Source: a virus
DNA length: 64,000 nt
Direction: 5' to 3' (one strand)
IMG/VR virus record: IMGVR_UViG_3300033512_000347
Location: 21,083-85,082 of that record
Positions 18,558 through 28,527 of this stretch are shown here, piece by piece. The translations under genes and the position numbers were made by a program. Under the pieces are notes generated by a model. That model had not been told where the DNA came from, made no database searches, and saw nothing but the letters and a program-made list of their open reading frames with translations. The first letter of the stretch is position 1; each line of letters starts with the position of its first letter.

Positions 18558-20186
18558 TTAATACATTTGAGGTAATACCTGTTCTGGTTCTTTACTTCTT
18601 ACTTCATATACTAAATTATTAGTAGTTAATATAGTACCAGCAACAGAACTTGAGTTAACCATACTAGATTTAGTTACTTTTAGTGGATCTAAAATACCTC
18701 TATCTTTCATATTAACAATAGACTCAGTTTTAAGATCATATCCTAACCAATTATTTTTTGTTGAAACTAATTGAGAAACTAATTCTTCAATTCTTTCTTC
18801 TTCATATCCAGCGTTTTGTAATATTTTATAAAATGGTGCAAAACATGCTCTATACACAATATCCTGACCTGTTTTAATGTCTTTATCATCAGAGAATTTA
18901 ATGTCTTGGGATGCATAAATTAAAGCAACACCTCCTCCAGGTAAAATCCCTTCTTCTAAAGCTGATTTAGTAGCAAATAAAGCATCTTCAACTCTATCCT
19001 TTTTTTCATCAATTTCTAACTCAGAGTTCCCTCCAACAGAAATTACAGCTACACCACCAACCATTCTTCCAAGTCTTTCTTGTAGTTTTTCTTTCTCAAA
19101 CATTGATGATGCTTCATCTATTTGAGTTTTTAACTCTTTAGCACGTTTTTCAACATCTTCCTCAGTACAATTTCCATCTACTATTGTAGTTTTATCTTTT
19201 GAAATAGTAGCTGTTCTTGAACTACCCAAATATTTACTATAATCAGATACTGATAATTTGTCTAGTTTTAAACCTTTTTCTGGGGAAATAACTGTTCCTC
19301 CAGTTATAACGGCTAAATCCTCTAAAATAGCTGTTCTTCTATCTCCAAAATCTGGAGCTTTAACTGCTACAGAATCCAAAATACCTCTCATTTTATTAAC
19401 AATAAGGGTAGATAATGCTTCTCCATCAATATCCTCAGCGATAATTAAAAGGGGTCTTTGTTCTGTATTAGCCATATTCATAACAGTGATAACATCATTA
19501 GCTGCTGTTATTCTTCCATTATAAATTAATATTAATGGTTTTTCCAAAAATGTAGTCATAGTATCGTTATTAGTAACGAAATATGGAGATTTATATCCTC
19601 TATCAAACTGCATTCCTTCCACTGTTTCTAGTGTAGTTTCTCCACTTTTAGATTTTTCAATAGCTACAACCCCTTCTCTACCAACTTTATCTAATGCAGT
19701 AGCAATTAAGTTACCAATCTCAGGATCATTATTACCTGATATTGTTGCAACTTCTTTAATTTGAGAATCTTCAGTTATATCTAATTTAATAGTTTTTAAA
19801 CTTTCAACTACTTGATTAACAGCATCATCAATCCCTTTTTTGATTAATGTTTTGTTTGAACCTTTGGATATAGCTTTATATCCTTCTTTTACTATAGTAG
19901 CAGCTAATAATGTTGAAGTAGTTGTACCATCACCATTTTGTTGGGCTGATTTAATTGCTACCTCTTTTACCATCTGTACTCCTTCGTTTTCGATCTCATC
20001 TTCAAGATCTTCAAACGCCTTAGCTACTGATACTCCATCTTTTGTTGCTCTTCTTTTACCATATCTATCCTTAATCAGTACAGTGTTACCAAAAGGCCCT
20101 AATGTGTCTGATACGGCAGAGTTTAGTTTTTCAATTCCTCTTTGTAAGCCTGTGCTTAATTCTTCTCCACTTGATGTTTTAGTCAT
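18558..20186 (-). CDS. groEL: Chaperonin GroEL
   Basis: [49 protein letters not shown]. Confidence 0.97.
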   Translation of the reverse strand: MTKTSSGEELSTGLQRGIEKLNSAVSDTLGPFGNTVLIKDRYGKRRATKDGVSVAKAFEDLEDEIENEGVQMVKEVAIKSAQQNGDGTTTSTLLAATIVKEGYKAISKGSNKTLIKKGIDDAVNQVVESLKTIKLDITEDSQIKEVATISGNNDPEIGNLIATALDKVGREGVVAIEKSKSGETTLETVEGMQFDRGYKSPYFVTNNDTMTTFLEKPLILIYNGRITAANDVITVMNMANTEQRPLLIIAEDIDGEALSTLIVNKMRGILDSVAVKAPDFGDRRTAILEDLAVITGGTVISPEKGLKLDKLSVSDYSKYLGSSRTATISKDKTTIVDGNCTEEDVEKRAKELKTQIDEASSMFEKEKLQERLGRMVGGVAVISVGGNSELEIDEKKDRVEDALFATKSALEEGILPGGGVALIYASQDIKFSDDKDIKTGQDIVYRACFAPFYKILQNAGYEEERIEELVSQLVSTKNNWLGYDLKTESIVNMKDRGILDPLKVTKSSMVNSSSVAGTILTTNNLVYEVRSKEPEQVLPQMY

Positions 20187-20481
20187 TTTCTTCTTCTATT
20201 TTTGCTAATAAATCTTGTACACTACAGATAATAAAATCTTCTCTATCTACTGTTACTTTTTGTGCTCCCAACGCCGGATATAAGACCAAATCACCTTCAA
20301 CAAATTTTGATGGTACTTCAATACCAAGTTGAAAATTATAAATTGGTGAAATTGATTCAATTCTAGCCTGCATTGGTTTACTATCCCCAATATTAGGAAT
20401 AATAATAGCCCCATGTTTTTGCTCGCTTTCCTCTAGGGGTCTTAGAATAGCTTGTCCAAAATTTGGAATTAATTTACTCAT
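20179..20481 (-). CDS. groES: Co-chaperonin GroES
   Basis: LIPNFGQAILRP..GAIIIP; GDLVLYP; DLLAKI; overlaps groEL start. Confidence 0.8.
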   Translation of the reverse strand: MSKLIPNFGQAILRPLEESEQKHGAIIIPNIGDSKPMQARIESISPIYNFQLGIEVPSKFVEGDLVLYPALGAQKVTVDREDFIICSVQDLLAKIEEEND

Positions 20482-20497
20482 ATTTAATTATTTATAT

Positions 20498-21217
20498 TTA
20501 TTTATTCGGAACTAACCAATATTGGCATTTTAATTCATCTTCTTTGGTAATTAATGATATTATTCCCATAGGATATACTAACATTTTTATTGATGAATTT
20601 GTATTATTATTTAATATTTCCCTAAAATTAGGTACTTTAAAAACAAACTTTGGTAAATCATTATAAATTTCAGTAGGTTGGGAAAATGTAATTTTATTTG
20701 CATATCTTTCTTGAAGACCTATAACAAATTCCAACGTATTTACTTTTTGTTTATCAACTTTAGGTTGAATAGAAAATGTTTCAATTTTTTCTAAAGCATT
20801 ATGAGCTTTAATAAACCTACTAATAAAGTCTTGATCTAATATTAATTCTATTGATGGTTCAGGCAGTGTATTAGATAATGACGCTTCGGATATTAAACCC
20901 AAATCACCTAAATTATATGATAAATCAAATTGATTATCTTTAATTTCCATCTTCATGGCTTTACCATCCTTTTCTACGATATCAATTTCGATAGGATCAT
21001 TACATATTTTAACTAATTTATATAATTGAGTTGTATCATATATACCCAATTCATTATCTTGAAGATTTACAGGAGCATTTAATTCCCCTATGCAATCTTT
21101 TAATGTAGTAGCAAAATTAATTTTAAGATTATTATTATTTATTTTCCATCTAACTTGTTCTGTTAAACCACCTAAATAATAACGCTCTATTATACTTGTC
21201 AATATTTTTTTATCCAT
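20498..21217 (-). CDS. DNA sliding clamp (T4 gp45-like)
   Basis: Size, GIYDTTQLYKL pattern, position between polB and clamp loader. Confidence 0.7.
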   Translation of the reverse strand: MDKKILTSIIERYYLGGLTEQVRWKINNNNLKINFATTLKDCIGELNAPVNLQDNELGIYDTTQLYKLVKICNDPIEIDIVEKDGKAMKMEIKDNQFDLSYNLGDLGLISEASLSNTLPEPSIELILDQDFISRFIKAHNALEKIETFSIQPKVDKQKVNTLEFVIGLQERYANKITFSQPTEIYNDLPKFVFKVPNFREILNNNTNSSIKMLVYPMGIISLITKEDELKCQYWLVPNK

Positions 21218-21233
21218 TATTTTTTATATATTA

Positions 21234-21265
21234 TTAATATACAATATTATTTTTTATTATCCAAA
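21234..21265 (-). promoter_or_regulatory. Bacteroidota sigma70-type promoter
   Basis: TTTG-N20-TATATTAA. Confidence 0.5.
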
Positions 21266-21271
21266 TCCCTT

Positions 21272-22177
21272 TTAAGAGAAGTTGAAATAATCTGATATAA
21301 ATGAGTTAAAAACTACAGTACCCCACTTCATATCATCATATATTTTTTGTATTTTTTCTTCTAAAATAGTTTCAAATAGTTTATCTCTATCGATAAATTC
21401 TTCTACTAAATCAATTATAAATTTAGGATCATCATAACCTTTAATAGCTATAGTATTTATCATGTAAGGATTATGTTTTAAATATATTAAATATATTTTA
21501 TCTCCAATTTGAATTTGTGAATGAGTTTTATCTAACTCATTAAATTTAATTAAATCATTATATATAATAGCACCTTTAGTGTTAGGAGGACATTTTTTCT
21601 GTAACTCAGAAAATATTTTCCCTTTTGGTGGTGGTGAAGCAATATATTCCCCAATTTTTTTAATTCCTGTAGGTTTAATTAACTTTCTCCAATCAACTTT
21701 ATAGGTAGAATCTTTAAAATCAACAATAAATTTATCTATATCTTTTTTAGAGGTGGCAAATAATAATTTTTTAATTAAATCATCACCAAAACCTTTAAAA
21801 TATGGAGGGAAGTTGGATTTTGTAATATCTAATCCCATCACAACCATCTTATCTACAGGAATACCTTCTTTATCTACCATATGCAATGCATATCTTCTCT
21901 TTCCAGACAGATAAGCTGCTTGGAATATAAATTCTGGTTTCAAATCAAAATAATGTTCATCAGAATTTAATATTTCTTTTGCTAAAACTGATTGGTAATT
22001 ATTTAATAAAGGTCTTAGTTCTTCTTGTAATAATTTAGCTTTGGGAAGAGTATCTTCTTTAGATAAGAGATCTAAATCTGGGTATAATTTTTTTAGGATA
22101 GGTTCAAAACTAAGAATCATTGAGTCAGTATCACTCAAATTAACATATTTATTCTCTTTATTTATATCGAAATTCAT
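21272..22177 (-). CDS. polB: Family B DNA polymerase, C-terminal subunit (palm motif C, thumb)
   Basis: SDTDS motif C; KRRYA; MGLDITKSNFP. Confidence 0.9.
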   Translation of the reverse strand: MNFDINKENKYVNLSDTDSMILSFEPILKKLYPDLDLLSKEDTLPKAKLLQEELRPLLNNYQSVLAKEILNSDEHYFDLKPEFIFQAAYLSGKRRYALHMVDKEGIPVDKMVVMGLDITKSNFPPYFKGFGDDLIKKLLFATSKKDIDKFIVDFKDSTYKVDWRKLIKPTGIKKIGEYIASPPPKGKIFSELQKKCPPNTKGAIIYNDLIKFNELDKTHSQIQIGDKIYLIYLKHNPYMINTIAIKGYDDPKFIIDLVEEFIDRDKLFETILEEKIQKIYDDMKWGTVVFNSFISDYFNFS

Positions 22178-22179
22178 AA

Positions 22180-22812
22180 TTATTTTTTATATGCTCTAAA
22201 TTCTTCCCCAGGTTTCTCACTCTCATCTTCAGTTAATAATCCTAAAGATATGAAATGTTCCCTCATATTATCGTCCATTTCCCAAATTTCATCATCAACT
22301 TCTTTATTCTCAAAATTATCTTTAGGTTTAATTTTATTTCCACTATATAAATCTCCTACAGTTAAGAAATAACAATTATAGCATAGAAATTCTAAATTAT
22401 CTTGCTTCCAATTTTTTTTATTTTTATCAATAAAATTTAATATAATTGGAACTTTATAATCATATATTCTCTGTTCTTTAAAACCACATTTATTACATTC
22501 TTCAGGTAGTATACATTGATGAATTAATTTACTTTTAAATTCATCTAAAGAATAAGTAGGTGAGTAAACTTCACCAGATAATATGCGTTTTAACCATTCA
22601 TCATTATATTTATTACTTCGCATTTTAGGAATCCCTTTTGCTGTTTGATTTTTATGAACATCAAATAAAGTTTTCCCATCTTTATCATAATATAATTTAG
22701 AATATTTTCTATATGTAGTATAATCAACACCAAGATATCGAGATGCTTGAAGATTTGATTTTGTCATCTTCATTGCCCTTATTACATCCTGTTTACTTAA
22801 ATATTTAGCCAT
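22180..22812 (-). CDS. HTH plus degenerate HNH/Zn-finger protein between polB halves
   Basis: SNLQASRYLGVDYTTY HTH-like; CNKC...LNFID.N..N....NLEFLCYNCY. Confidence 0.7.
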   Translation of the reverse strand: MAKYLSKQDVIRAMKMTKSNLQASRYLGVDYTTYRKYSKLYYDKDGKTLFDVHKNQTAKGIPKMRSNKYNDEWLKRILSGEVYSPTYSLDEFKSKLIHQCILPEECNKCGFKEQRIYDYKVPIILNFIDKNKKNWKQDNLEFLCYNCYFLTVGDLYSGNKIKPKDNFENKEVDDEIWEMDDNMREHFISLGLLTEDESEKPGEEFRAYKK

Positions 22813-24671
22813 TATTTTAAATATTTTTCATCAATAATTTTATTAACATGCATAACACTTTCTTGAATCATTCTTTGACCCGTTGTAGTAATAGCAGATG
22901 ATAATATTTTATAACCATCAGTAAATCTCCAAGAGTTAATTGCAAAAGCACCATACACAGCATTTAATAGAATTTTAAATGAGTGTTGTTGAGAGTCATA
23001 TAATTTTCCTAAAACTTCATCACCACCTTTATAAGCAATCTCCATTTTTTTCTTATATTCTTTTCTCATCATAAACCAATCCGTTAAAACTTCTGCAACT
23101 ACACTCTTTACATCTGTTCTAAAACAAACACCATTTGGTGATATATTCCATTTTTTATTCTCGATGGTTTTTATTAATTTACCTATAGTGATTTTGGTTG
23201 TTTTTGAAGTATAAGTTTCTTTATCTAATATCTCAAATTCAATTTCCTCATTAGGATTTTTCTTTTTTAAATCTGATAAACCCCACCATAAATTTCTTGT
23301 TGGTTCATCAATAACAATTCTTCCAACTAGTGTTTCAATACCTAAATTTAAGGAACGAATAATTGATGGATATAATGATGCGTAATCATAATCTGATAAC
23401 CATCTATATACTCCCGGTTTTATGTCTAATAAAAATCCACCAGCATATCCTTGTAGTTTTTTTACTGTTCTTAATTCTCGGGTTTTAAATTCGTTAGATT
23501 TTGTTTTAATAACAACCATATCTCCATCTATTGAGTGGATTTCTCCTTCTATTGATGGTGTATTTCTTTGGTTATTAACAATATCCCCTATGTTTAACTC
23601 TTTAATTTCTTTATTTATTGTAGTAGGTTTATTATGGACTATAATTTTTTTCCTTTTAAGATATGTTAAAATAGCTCCTTCATTTAATACTGTATTATAA
23701 TATATAGATTCATAAGGAGTATGACAAAGATGAGATATAAGTACTGTTAATTGAACGAATTGTAAATTCTCTTCTAATACCTCTAAAATTTCAACATCAC
23801 GAATATTATATTCAATATACTTTTCAGGATCTTTGGCTAATAATTCATCTAAATTACCAGAATATTCAATTTTACCTAATTTAGCATATTTAACACCAAT
23901 ATTATGTAATGTATATGATGGTTCTTCTTTAGTAATATACTTTTTAAGTAATCGCATAAAGTCCATACTATTAATACCACCAATAGTAATTGGTTTATCT
24001 GGTTGGGATGGATCATTGATTACTTTTTTAATTGGAGATAACAAATTAGCTGTTTCTTCTCCAAAAACTTTAAGTATTCTACAATAAAGATAAGGTATAT
24101 CGAAAAAATCTGAGTTATAACCAATTATAATTGTAGGATCTATTTCTCTCCATTTCTTCAAAAACTTATTAATCATGTCTCTTTCAGAATAACAAGTAAT
24201 AACTGTATTTATTCCTATCTCCTTATCAGTAAGTTTTTTATCATTATCTACTATCCAACATATTCTTTTTTTAACATTATTTTCATAATATGTTAAAGCT
24301 AATGATGTTAATTCTGCTGGTGCTGCTTGAATGTAACTAGGAGTTAATGAACCTAATAATTGAATCTCAATATCGAGATACACCTTATTATGGTAAGTTG
24401 GTTGTTCATCAGTTTTATAATAGAAATCACGAAGAACTGCAATTTCTTTCTGCACGTCCTTTTCTAATATTTGATTATCGAACCAATTATATTTTCCATC
24501 TATTTTGGAACATTTCTTTCCAAATAGAGTAGTATAATCCCCCTCATCATCTAATTGGTAAACTGGAGGTTGGTATTTGAATCTTTTCCAACCTTGCTCA
24601 TCGTCTCTAAGATATATATATCCTCTGTCAGGGTTTCCTTTTCTACGTTCTTGAAATATTGCTTGGTAGAT
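22812..24671 (-). CDS. polB: Family B DNA polymerase, N-terminal subunit (exonuclease, motifs A and B); start extended to ATC at 24671
   Basis: YLDIE, GYNSDFFDIPY, YNIRDV exo motifs; DYASLYPSII; KILLNAVYG; frame open upstream of track GTG and reads YQAIFQ...YLRDDEQGW. Confidence 0.9.
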   Translation of the reverse strand: MYQAIFQERRKGNPDRGYIYLRDDEQGWKRFKYQPPVYQLDDEGDYTTLFGKKCSKIDGKYNWFDNQILEKDVQKEIAVLRDFYYKTDEQPTYHNKVYLDIEIQLLGSLTPSYIQAAPAELTSLALTYYENNVKKRICWIVDNDKKLTDKEIGINTVITCYSERDMINKFLKKWREIDPTIIIGYNSDFFDIPYLYCRILKVFGEETANLLSPIKKVINDPSQPDKPITIGGINSMDFMRLLKKYITKEEPSYTLHNIGVKYAKLGKIEYSGNLDELLAKDPEKYIEYNIRDVEILEVLEENLQFVQLTVLISHLCHTPYESIYYNTVLNEGAILTYLKRKKIIVHNKPTTINKEIKELNIGDIVNNQRNTPSIEGEIHSIDGDMVVIKTKSNEFKTRELRTVKKLQGYAGGFLLDIKPGVYRWLSDYDYASLYPSIIRSLNLGIETLVGRIVIDEPTRNLWWGLSDLKKKNPNEEIEFEILDKETYTSKTTKITIGKLIKTIENKKWNISPNGVCFRTDVKSVVAEVLTDWFMMRKEYKKKMEIAYKGGDEVLGKLYDSQQHSFKILLNAVYGAFAINSWRFTDGYKILSSAITTTGQRMIQESVMHVNKIIDEKYLK

Positions 24672-24682
24672 AATATTAAATT

Positions 24683-25480
24683 TTAATTGTTATACTTCCA
24701 TATAAAACCATAAGCTTGTTTCGCGTTACCACTTAAATGATTGCATATGCCTTGTTGTTTGATACCCAATTCTAAACTAGCTTTTTTTATACTAGACCAT
24801 TCTTGGATAAAATTACCTTCTAAATCATATTGTAAAATGCTTCTACTAAAATTATTTTTAGAAAAGGAATTAATTTTTAAAGGGTAATTATCATTTTTGT
24901 ATACCCATAATGATTTATATGCTGATGGGGATTTCCCTTTTAAATGATTAGTGATTAATGTACCATTTATTAAATTATTTTTTTTGGCATATTCTAAAGC
25001 AGACCCCCATTCTTTAATAAAATTTCCATCTAAATCGTATTGTAATATAACTCTACTTCTATCACAACCAAAACCATATAATTTTATTCTCTCATTTCGA
25101 GATTCTCTCATTTTTTGTTTAGTTTCTTCAGAATATACTCTACCTTTTGTAGTATTAGATATTTTTAATTTAGTTTCTTCAGAAACAACATTGGAACCAC
25201 CTCCACCATTATTTTTATTTTGAACATCAAATCCCAAGAATTTGAAATATGAAATCCAAAATGATTCTAAAGGACACCATTTATTCTTATCCCAAGAATC
25301 TATTTTATCAATATACGAAAATCCAATGTGTTTTCCAAAAGTCCTTTTATGATTATAATGACGTTTAGAAATATTATATTGATGAGAACGTTCTTTTCCT
25401 ATATAAACCTTATTAGGGTCCCCATAACAATTAGTAACTAGGTAAATTTGTGTAAATTTTTCGGAATCTAAAATACTCAT
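24683..25480 (-). CDS. GIY-YIG homing endonuclease with NUMOD3/NUMOD1-like DNA-binding repeats
   Basis: QIYLVTN...KVYIGK; SEETK.K repeats; two ILQYDL.GNFI.EW.S modules. Confidence 0.85.
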   Translation of the reverse strand: MSILDSEKFTQIYLVTNCYGDPNKVYIGKERSHQYNISKRHYNHKRTFGKHIGFSYIDKIDSWDKNKWCPLESFWISYFKFLGFDVQNKNNGGGGSNVVSEETKLKISNTTKGRVYSEETKQKMRESRNERIKLYGFGCDRSRVILQYDLDGNFIKEWGSALEYAKKNNLINGTLITNHLKGKSPSAYKSLWVYKNDNYPLKINSFSKNNFSRSILQYDLEGNFIQEWSSIKKASLELGIKQQGICNHLSGNAKQAYGFIWKYNN

Positions 25481-25555
25481 GATTATTATTTATATAACCA
25501 TAAATATTAAAGAGAAATATTTTATTGCAGGACTCTTGAAATATAGATTGATACA

Positions 25556-25750
25556 TTAATAAATTATATATGTTAAATTATTAGGATTATTATTGATACA
25601 AGTAAATCTTATGGGAAATTCCATCTTCCCCTTCTCAAAAGATATCTTTTCATACCCTAATTTATTTAATTTATTAACCTTAGAATGGAATTCTTTCTCA
25701 GAATTTACATTAAATGGGAATTTTATTTTTGTAGGATCATTTACTTTCAT
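25556..25750 (-). CDS. Hypothetical protein, MKVN(N/D)P family
   Basis: Similar to 4206..4418. Confidence 0.55.
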   Translation of the reverse strand: MKVNDPTKIKFPFNVNSEKEFHSKVNKLNKLGYEKISFEKGKMEFPIRFTCINNNPNNLTYIIY

Positions 25751-26148
25751 AATAATTCATATATAAACTCAACAGGTAAATAAATATTCTCTAATTCTAA
25801 AGCATCTTTAAATAAAGGTGCTATATCTTCCACTTTAAAATAAGCTAACGAACATCCTAATTTACTAACATAAAATACTTTATTTGGATTGTTTTTAGCG
25901 AATTTTATAAATTCTTCCACTCCTTCCTTTATATAAGATAATGGTGTGGGAGGCATATGAGGTCTTAATTCTTTGGTAATTATAGCATAACTTTGTCCTT
26001 GCAATCCCTCACTTTGACCATAAATCGCTCCGAATTTTTGTTTAGCAATTAATGCTGCTCCTTTACCATGTCTTCCTTGAGGATTACTACCAAAGACAAA
26101 TATTTCATTATCTTTAAGTTCTGTTATATTATTTGGTGTTATTCTCAT
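25747..26148 (-). CDS. A1S_2505-type macrodomain-like phage protein
   Basis: IFVFGSNPQGRHGKGAA...FGA.YG..EG.QG.SYAI.TK; LGCSLA. Confidence 0.75.
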   Translation of the reverse strand: MRITPNNITELKDNEIFVFGSNPQGRHGKGAALIAKQKFGAIYGQSEGLQGQSYAIITKELRPHMPPTPLSYIKEGVEEFIKFAKNNPNKVFYVSKLGCSLAYFKVEDIAPLFKDALELENIYLPVEFIYELL

Positions 26149-26711
26149 TTTATAAAACTTTTATCCCAAGTACTTTTTTTAGTAGTTCCATCTACCCACT
26201 TCCATGTTTTTTCTGCTTCTTCTAAATTTTCGTTTGAGTAATATTTCCACCAAAGAAACATTTCCCAATAGGTATCTCTAAATCTTTCTCCTTCTGGTGC
26301 TATCCACCATACACAAAACTGCCATTTGAAGAAAAATATATAAAACGCAGGTCCCCATTCAAATCTAGGTGTATTAAATTTATCTTTCCAACCTAATTCA
26401 TTTGTATAGAATTTAACAAGCCATCCAACTTGTAACCAATAATATACACCAAATAAATTAAATATCCCATCTTTAGAACGTCTACTCATTGGAAGATTTT
26501 CAAATCTATTAATATGACTTAAATGTGGATATCTCTTATCTAATTCCTCCTTTTTTTCATCCGATACTAATTTTAATTTTCTTAGTTTAAAAATAGTAGG
26601 ACAATATCCTCTAGGCCAAAAATATGGAGCACCATGTCTTAATTTTCCTAAATAATATTTTTTTAGTAAAGGTTTGAAAGGGCTATTTTTTATCTGTTTT
26701 AATATTTTCAT
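26145..26711 (-). CDS. Hypothetical protein (Trp-rich)
   Basis: ORF track. Confidence 0.6.
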   Translation of the reverse strand: MKILKQIKNSPFKPLLKKYYLGKLRHGAPYFWPRGYCPTIFKLRKLKLVSDEKKEELDKRYPHLSHINRFENLPMSRRSKDGIFNLFGVYYWLQVGWLVKFYTNELGWKDKFNTPRFEWGPAFYIFFFKWQFCVWWIAPEGERFRDTYWEMFLWWKYYSNENLEEAEKTWKWVDGTTKKSTWDKSFIK

Positions 26712-26937
26712 AAAAAGTATATTTCCAATTATTATCTAATCTATGTTCTTTCCTTCCTTCACAACGACATATAATTTCATCTTCTAATCCCCAATCTGTA
26801 TCATAAGCTGGTACTCCATATCCAAAAGATAAAACTCCATCTATATCTGTAAATGATGATACTGGTTTTAGAGGTGTTCCTAAATCATGGTATTTTTTAA
26901 AAATATTGTAATATTCTTCTTTAGTAATTTCTTTCAT
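26683..26937 (-). CDS. Hypothetical protein
   Basis: ORF track. Confidence 0.5.
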   Translation of the reverse strand: MKEITKEEYYNIFKKYHDLGTPLKPVSSFTDIDGVLSFGYGVPAYDTDWGLEDEIICRCEGRKEHRLDNNWKYTFYENIKTDKK

Positions 26938-27179
26938 AATTCATTTATTATTAATCCATTATTTAATTTTAATGGAAATTTTATCGGGAAAATTAGATTA
27001 TTTACTGTTCCTAAAAATATAGCTAATTTTCTTTTATCTTTTACTTCACTAAATCTCCAATCGTTCTCTAATGGGAAATTAGTAAAGTTATCATAATAAA
27101 TAGCATATCCTTTTTTCCAATAAGAATGACTTGTCTTTGGATCTGTTATATAATGTTCTGTTAAAAATACACTTTTCAT
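26934..27179 (-). CDS. Hypothetical protein
   Basis: ORF track. Confidence 0.5.
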   Translation of the reverse strand: MKSVFLTEHYITDPKTSHSYWKKGYAIYYDNFTNFPLENDWRFSEVKDKRKLAIFLGTVNNLIFPIKFPLKLNNGLIINEL

Positions 27180-27193
27180 AACTTTTATTTTAG

Positions 27194-27224
27194 TAAATAT
27201 ACGAAGAAAAATTTAGGTCTCAAA
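27194..27224 (-). promoter_or_regulatory. Bacteroidota sigma70-type promoter
   Basis: TTTG-N19-TATATTTA. Confidence 0.55.
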
Positions 27225-27234
27225 AGAGACCTAA
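27213..27234. terminator. Inverted repeat TTAGGTCTC-AAAA-GAGACCTAA
   Basis: Same stem as 10774..10793; overlaps the -33 box. Confidence 0.5.
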
Positions 27235-27236
27235 TA

Positions 27237-27878
27237 TTATTTATTTCTACATGATTCGATTTCTTCTATTGTAAATAGAGATTTTAAATCAGGTTCGGAC
27301 CAATTTACATTTTTCATAATTTTATTATCTCGAACTCGATAACAAACATACCCATCACCTTCTTTTCTATAATTTACATTCTCACCTTGTTGTACACTTC
27401 TTACAGCACACGTATGTTTCGCTTCTTCTTCCGTTTTACATATCTTAGATAAGTTAGATCTTTGTACTTCTGCGTATCCAGCCATAATTTTGTCTTTAAG
27501 GCCAAAAGACAACGCACCATTCCCAAGACAAACATAAGTAATATCCAAAATAGCATCAAGTACTTCAACGATATCTCCATTTTTTACAGCTTCTTCTAAT
27601 TCTTCTAATTCTTCTTTAATAAAATTAACAACAAAATCTGCATCTTCTTTATTAATTGTTGGTATTGTTCTATTTTGATAGGATTTGCCCATCATTTCAT
27701 TAAATTGTTGAACTTCATCAACAAATGGTACAGAATTCTGTTTTTCCAATTCTATTTTTTCTTGAAGTTTTTGGATTTTATAGATTACATCATCTCCAAA
27801 TTCTATTTTAGACATCATTGATAAATCAATTGCCTGAGATTTCCATAATTCTAATAATTCTTGTTCTGATTTTGTCAT
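27237..27878 (-). CDS. MazG-like all-alpha NTP pyrophosphohydrolase
   Basis: EELEELEEA...VEVLDAILDITYV; EVQRSNLSK; KIMK...W..PDL. Confidence 0.85.
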   Translation of the reverse strand: MTKSEQELLELWKSQAIDLSMMSKIEFGDDVIYKIQKLQEKIELEKQNSVPFVDEVQQFNEMMGKSYQNRTIPTINKEDADFVVNFIKEELEELEEAVKNGDIVEVLDAILDITYVCLGNGALSFGLKDKIMAGYAEVQRSNLSKICKTEEEAKHTCAVRSVQQGENVNYRKEGDGYVCYRVRDNKIMKNVNWSEPDLKSLFTIEEIESCRNK

Positions 27879-27882
27879 AATT

Positions 27883-28527
27883 TTATTTTATTACTTTTAT
27901 TATACTTGTTATTGCTATTCTATAATCATCACTTAAATTTGGGGAGCTAAAATGCATACAATCTTTATCATGTACTAGTATTTCTCCTTTTTTCATTGGA
28001 ACTTTAACAAATTCGGAATTTTTATAAACGTCTGAATATAAAGAGTATCCTGTTTTGCCAGTTCTTGTTCTTACATTTGTTCCTATAGCTTTATGCTCTG
28101 CTAAACCATATTTATGACTTCCTGGAACATAAAACATACATGAATTTAATATATCAACGTCTTGTAATGGGATCCAAAATGTATAAACTTTATCTTTACT
28201 ATCAAAATAAGCATTATCTTGATGAGCAGATGTCATTTTATAATTTGGAGGTTTACAGAAATACTGGTTATTTAATATATTAAATTCTTGGGCTCCTATT
28301 AAACCCGCTAATAATCCATTTAAATTACCAAAATTTAAATTTTGGATTTGTTTTATATCGCCTAATTTTGTTCTAAATACATCTTTAGATTCTTTACTTT
28401 TAGCAATTTCTTCTAAATTTGTAGAAAAATGAAAATTATTTATTGTTTTAACAATTTCTTCATTATTAAATACTTGAAAACCATCTTTTTCCAAAGTTTC
28501 TTTTCCTATATAATTTCTAAATTCCAT
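27883..28527 (-). CDS. PhyH-family 2OG-Fe(II) dioxygenase
   Basis: HQD facial motif, WIPLQD, YVPGSH, distal H.S.PN.S..R. Confidence 0.88.
   Translation of the reverse strand: MEFRNYIGKETLEKDGFQVFNNEEIVKTINNFHFSTNLEEIAKSKESKDVFRTKLGDIKQIQNLNFGNLNGLLAGLIGAQEFNILNNQYFCKPPNYKMTSAHQDNAYFDSKDKVYTFWIPLQDVDILNSCMFYVPGSHKYGLAEHKAIGTNVRTRTGKTGYSLYSDVYKNSEFVKVPMKKGEILVHDKDCMHFSSPNLSDDYRIAITSIIKVIK

Noticed and set aside
21272-24671. Group I intron or intein explaining the polB split
   Set aside because: The junctions are TAATG and 2-nt spacers with no non-coding core, and there are no Cys/His-Asn intein ends.
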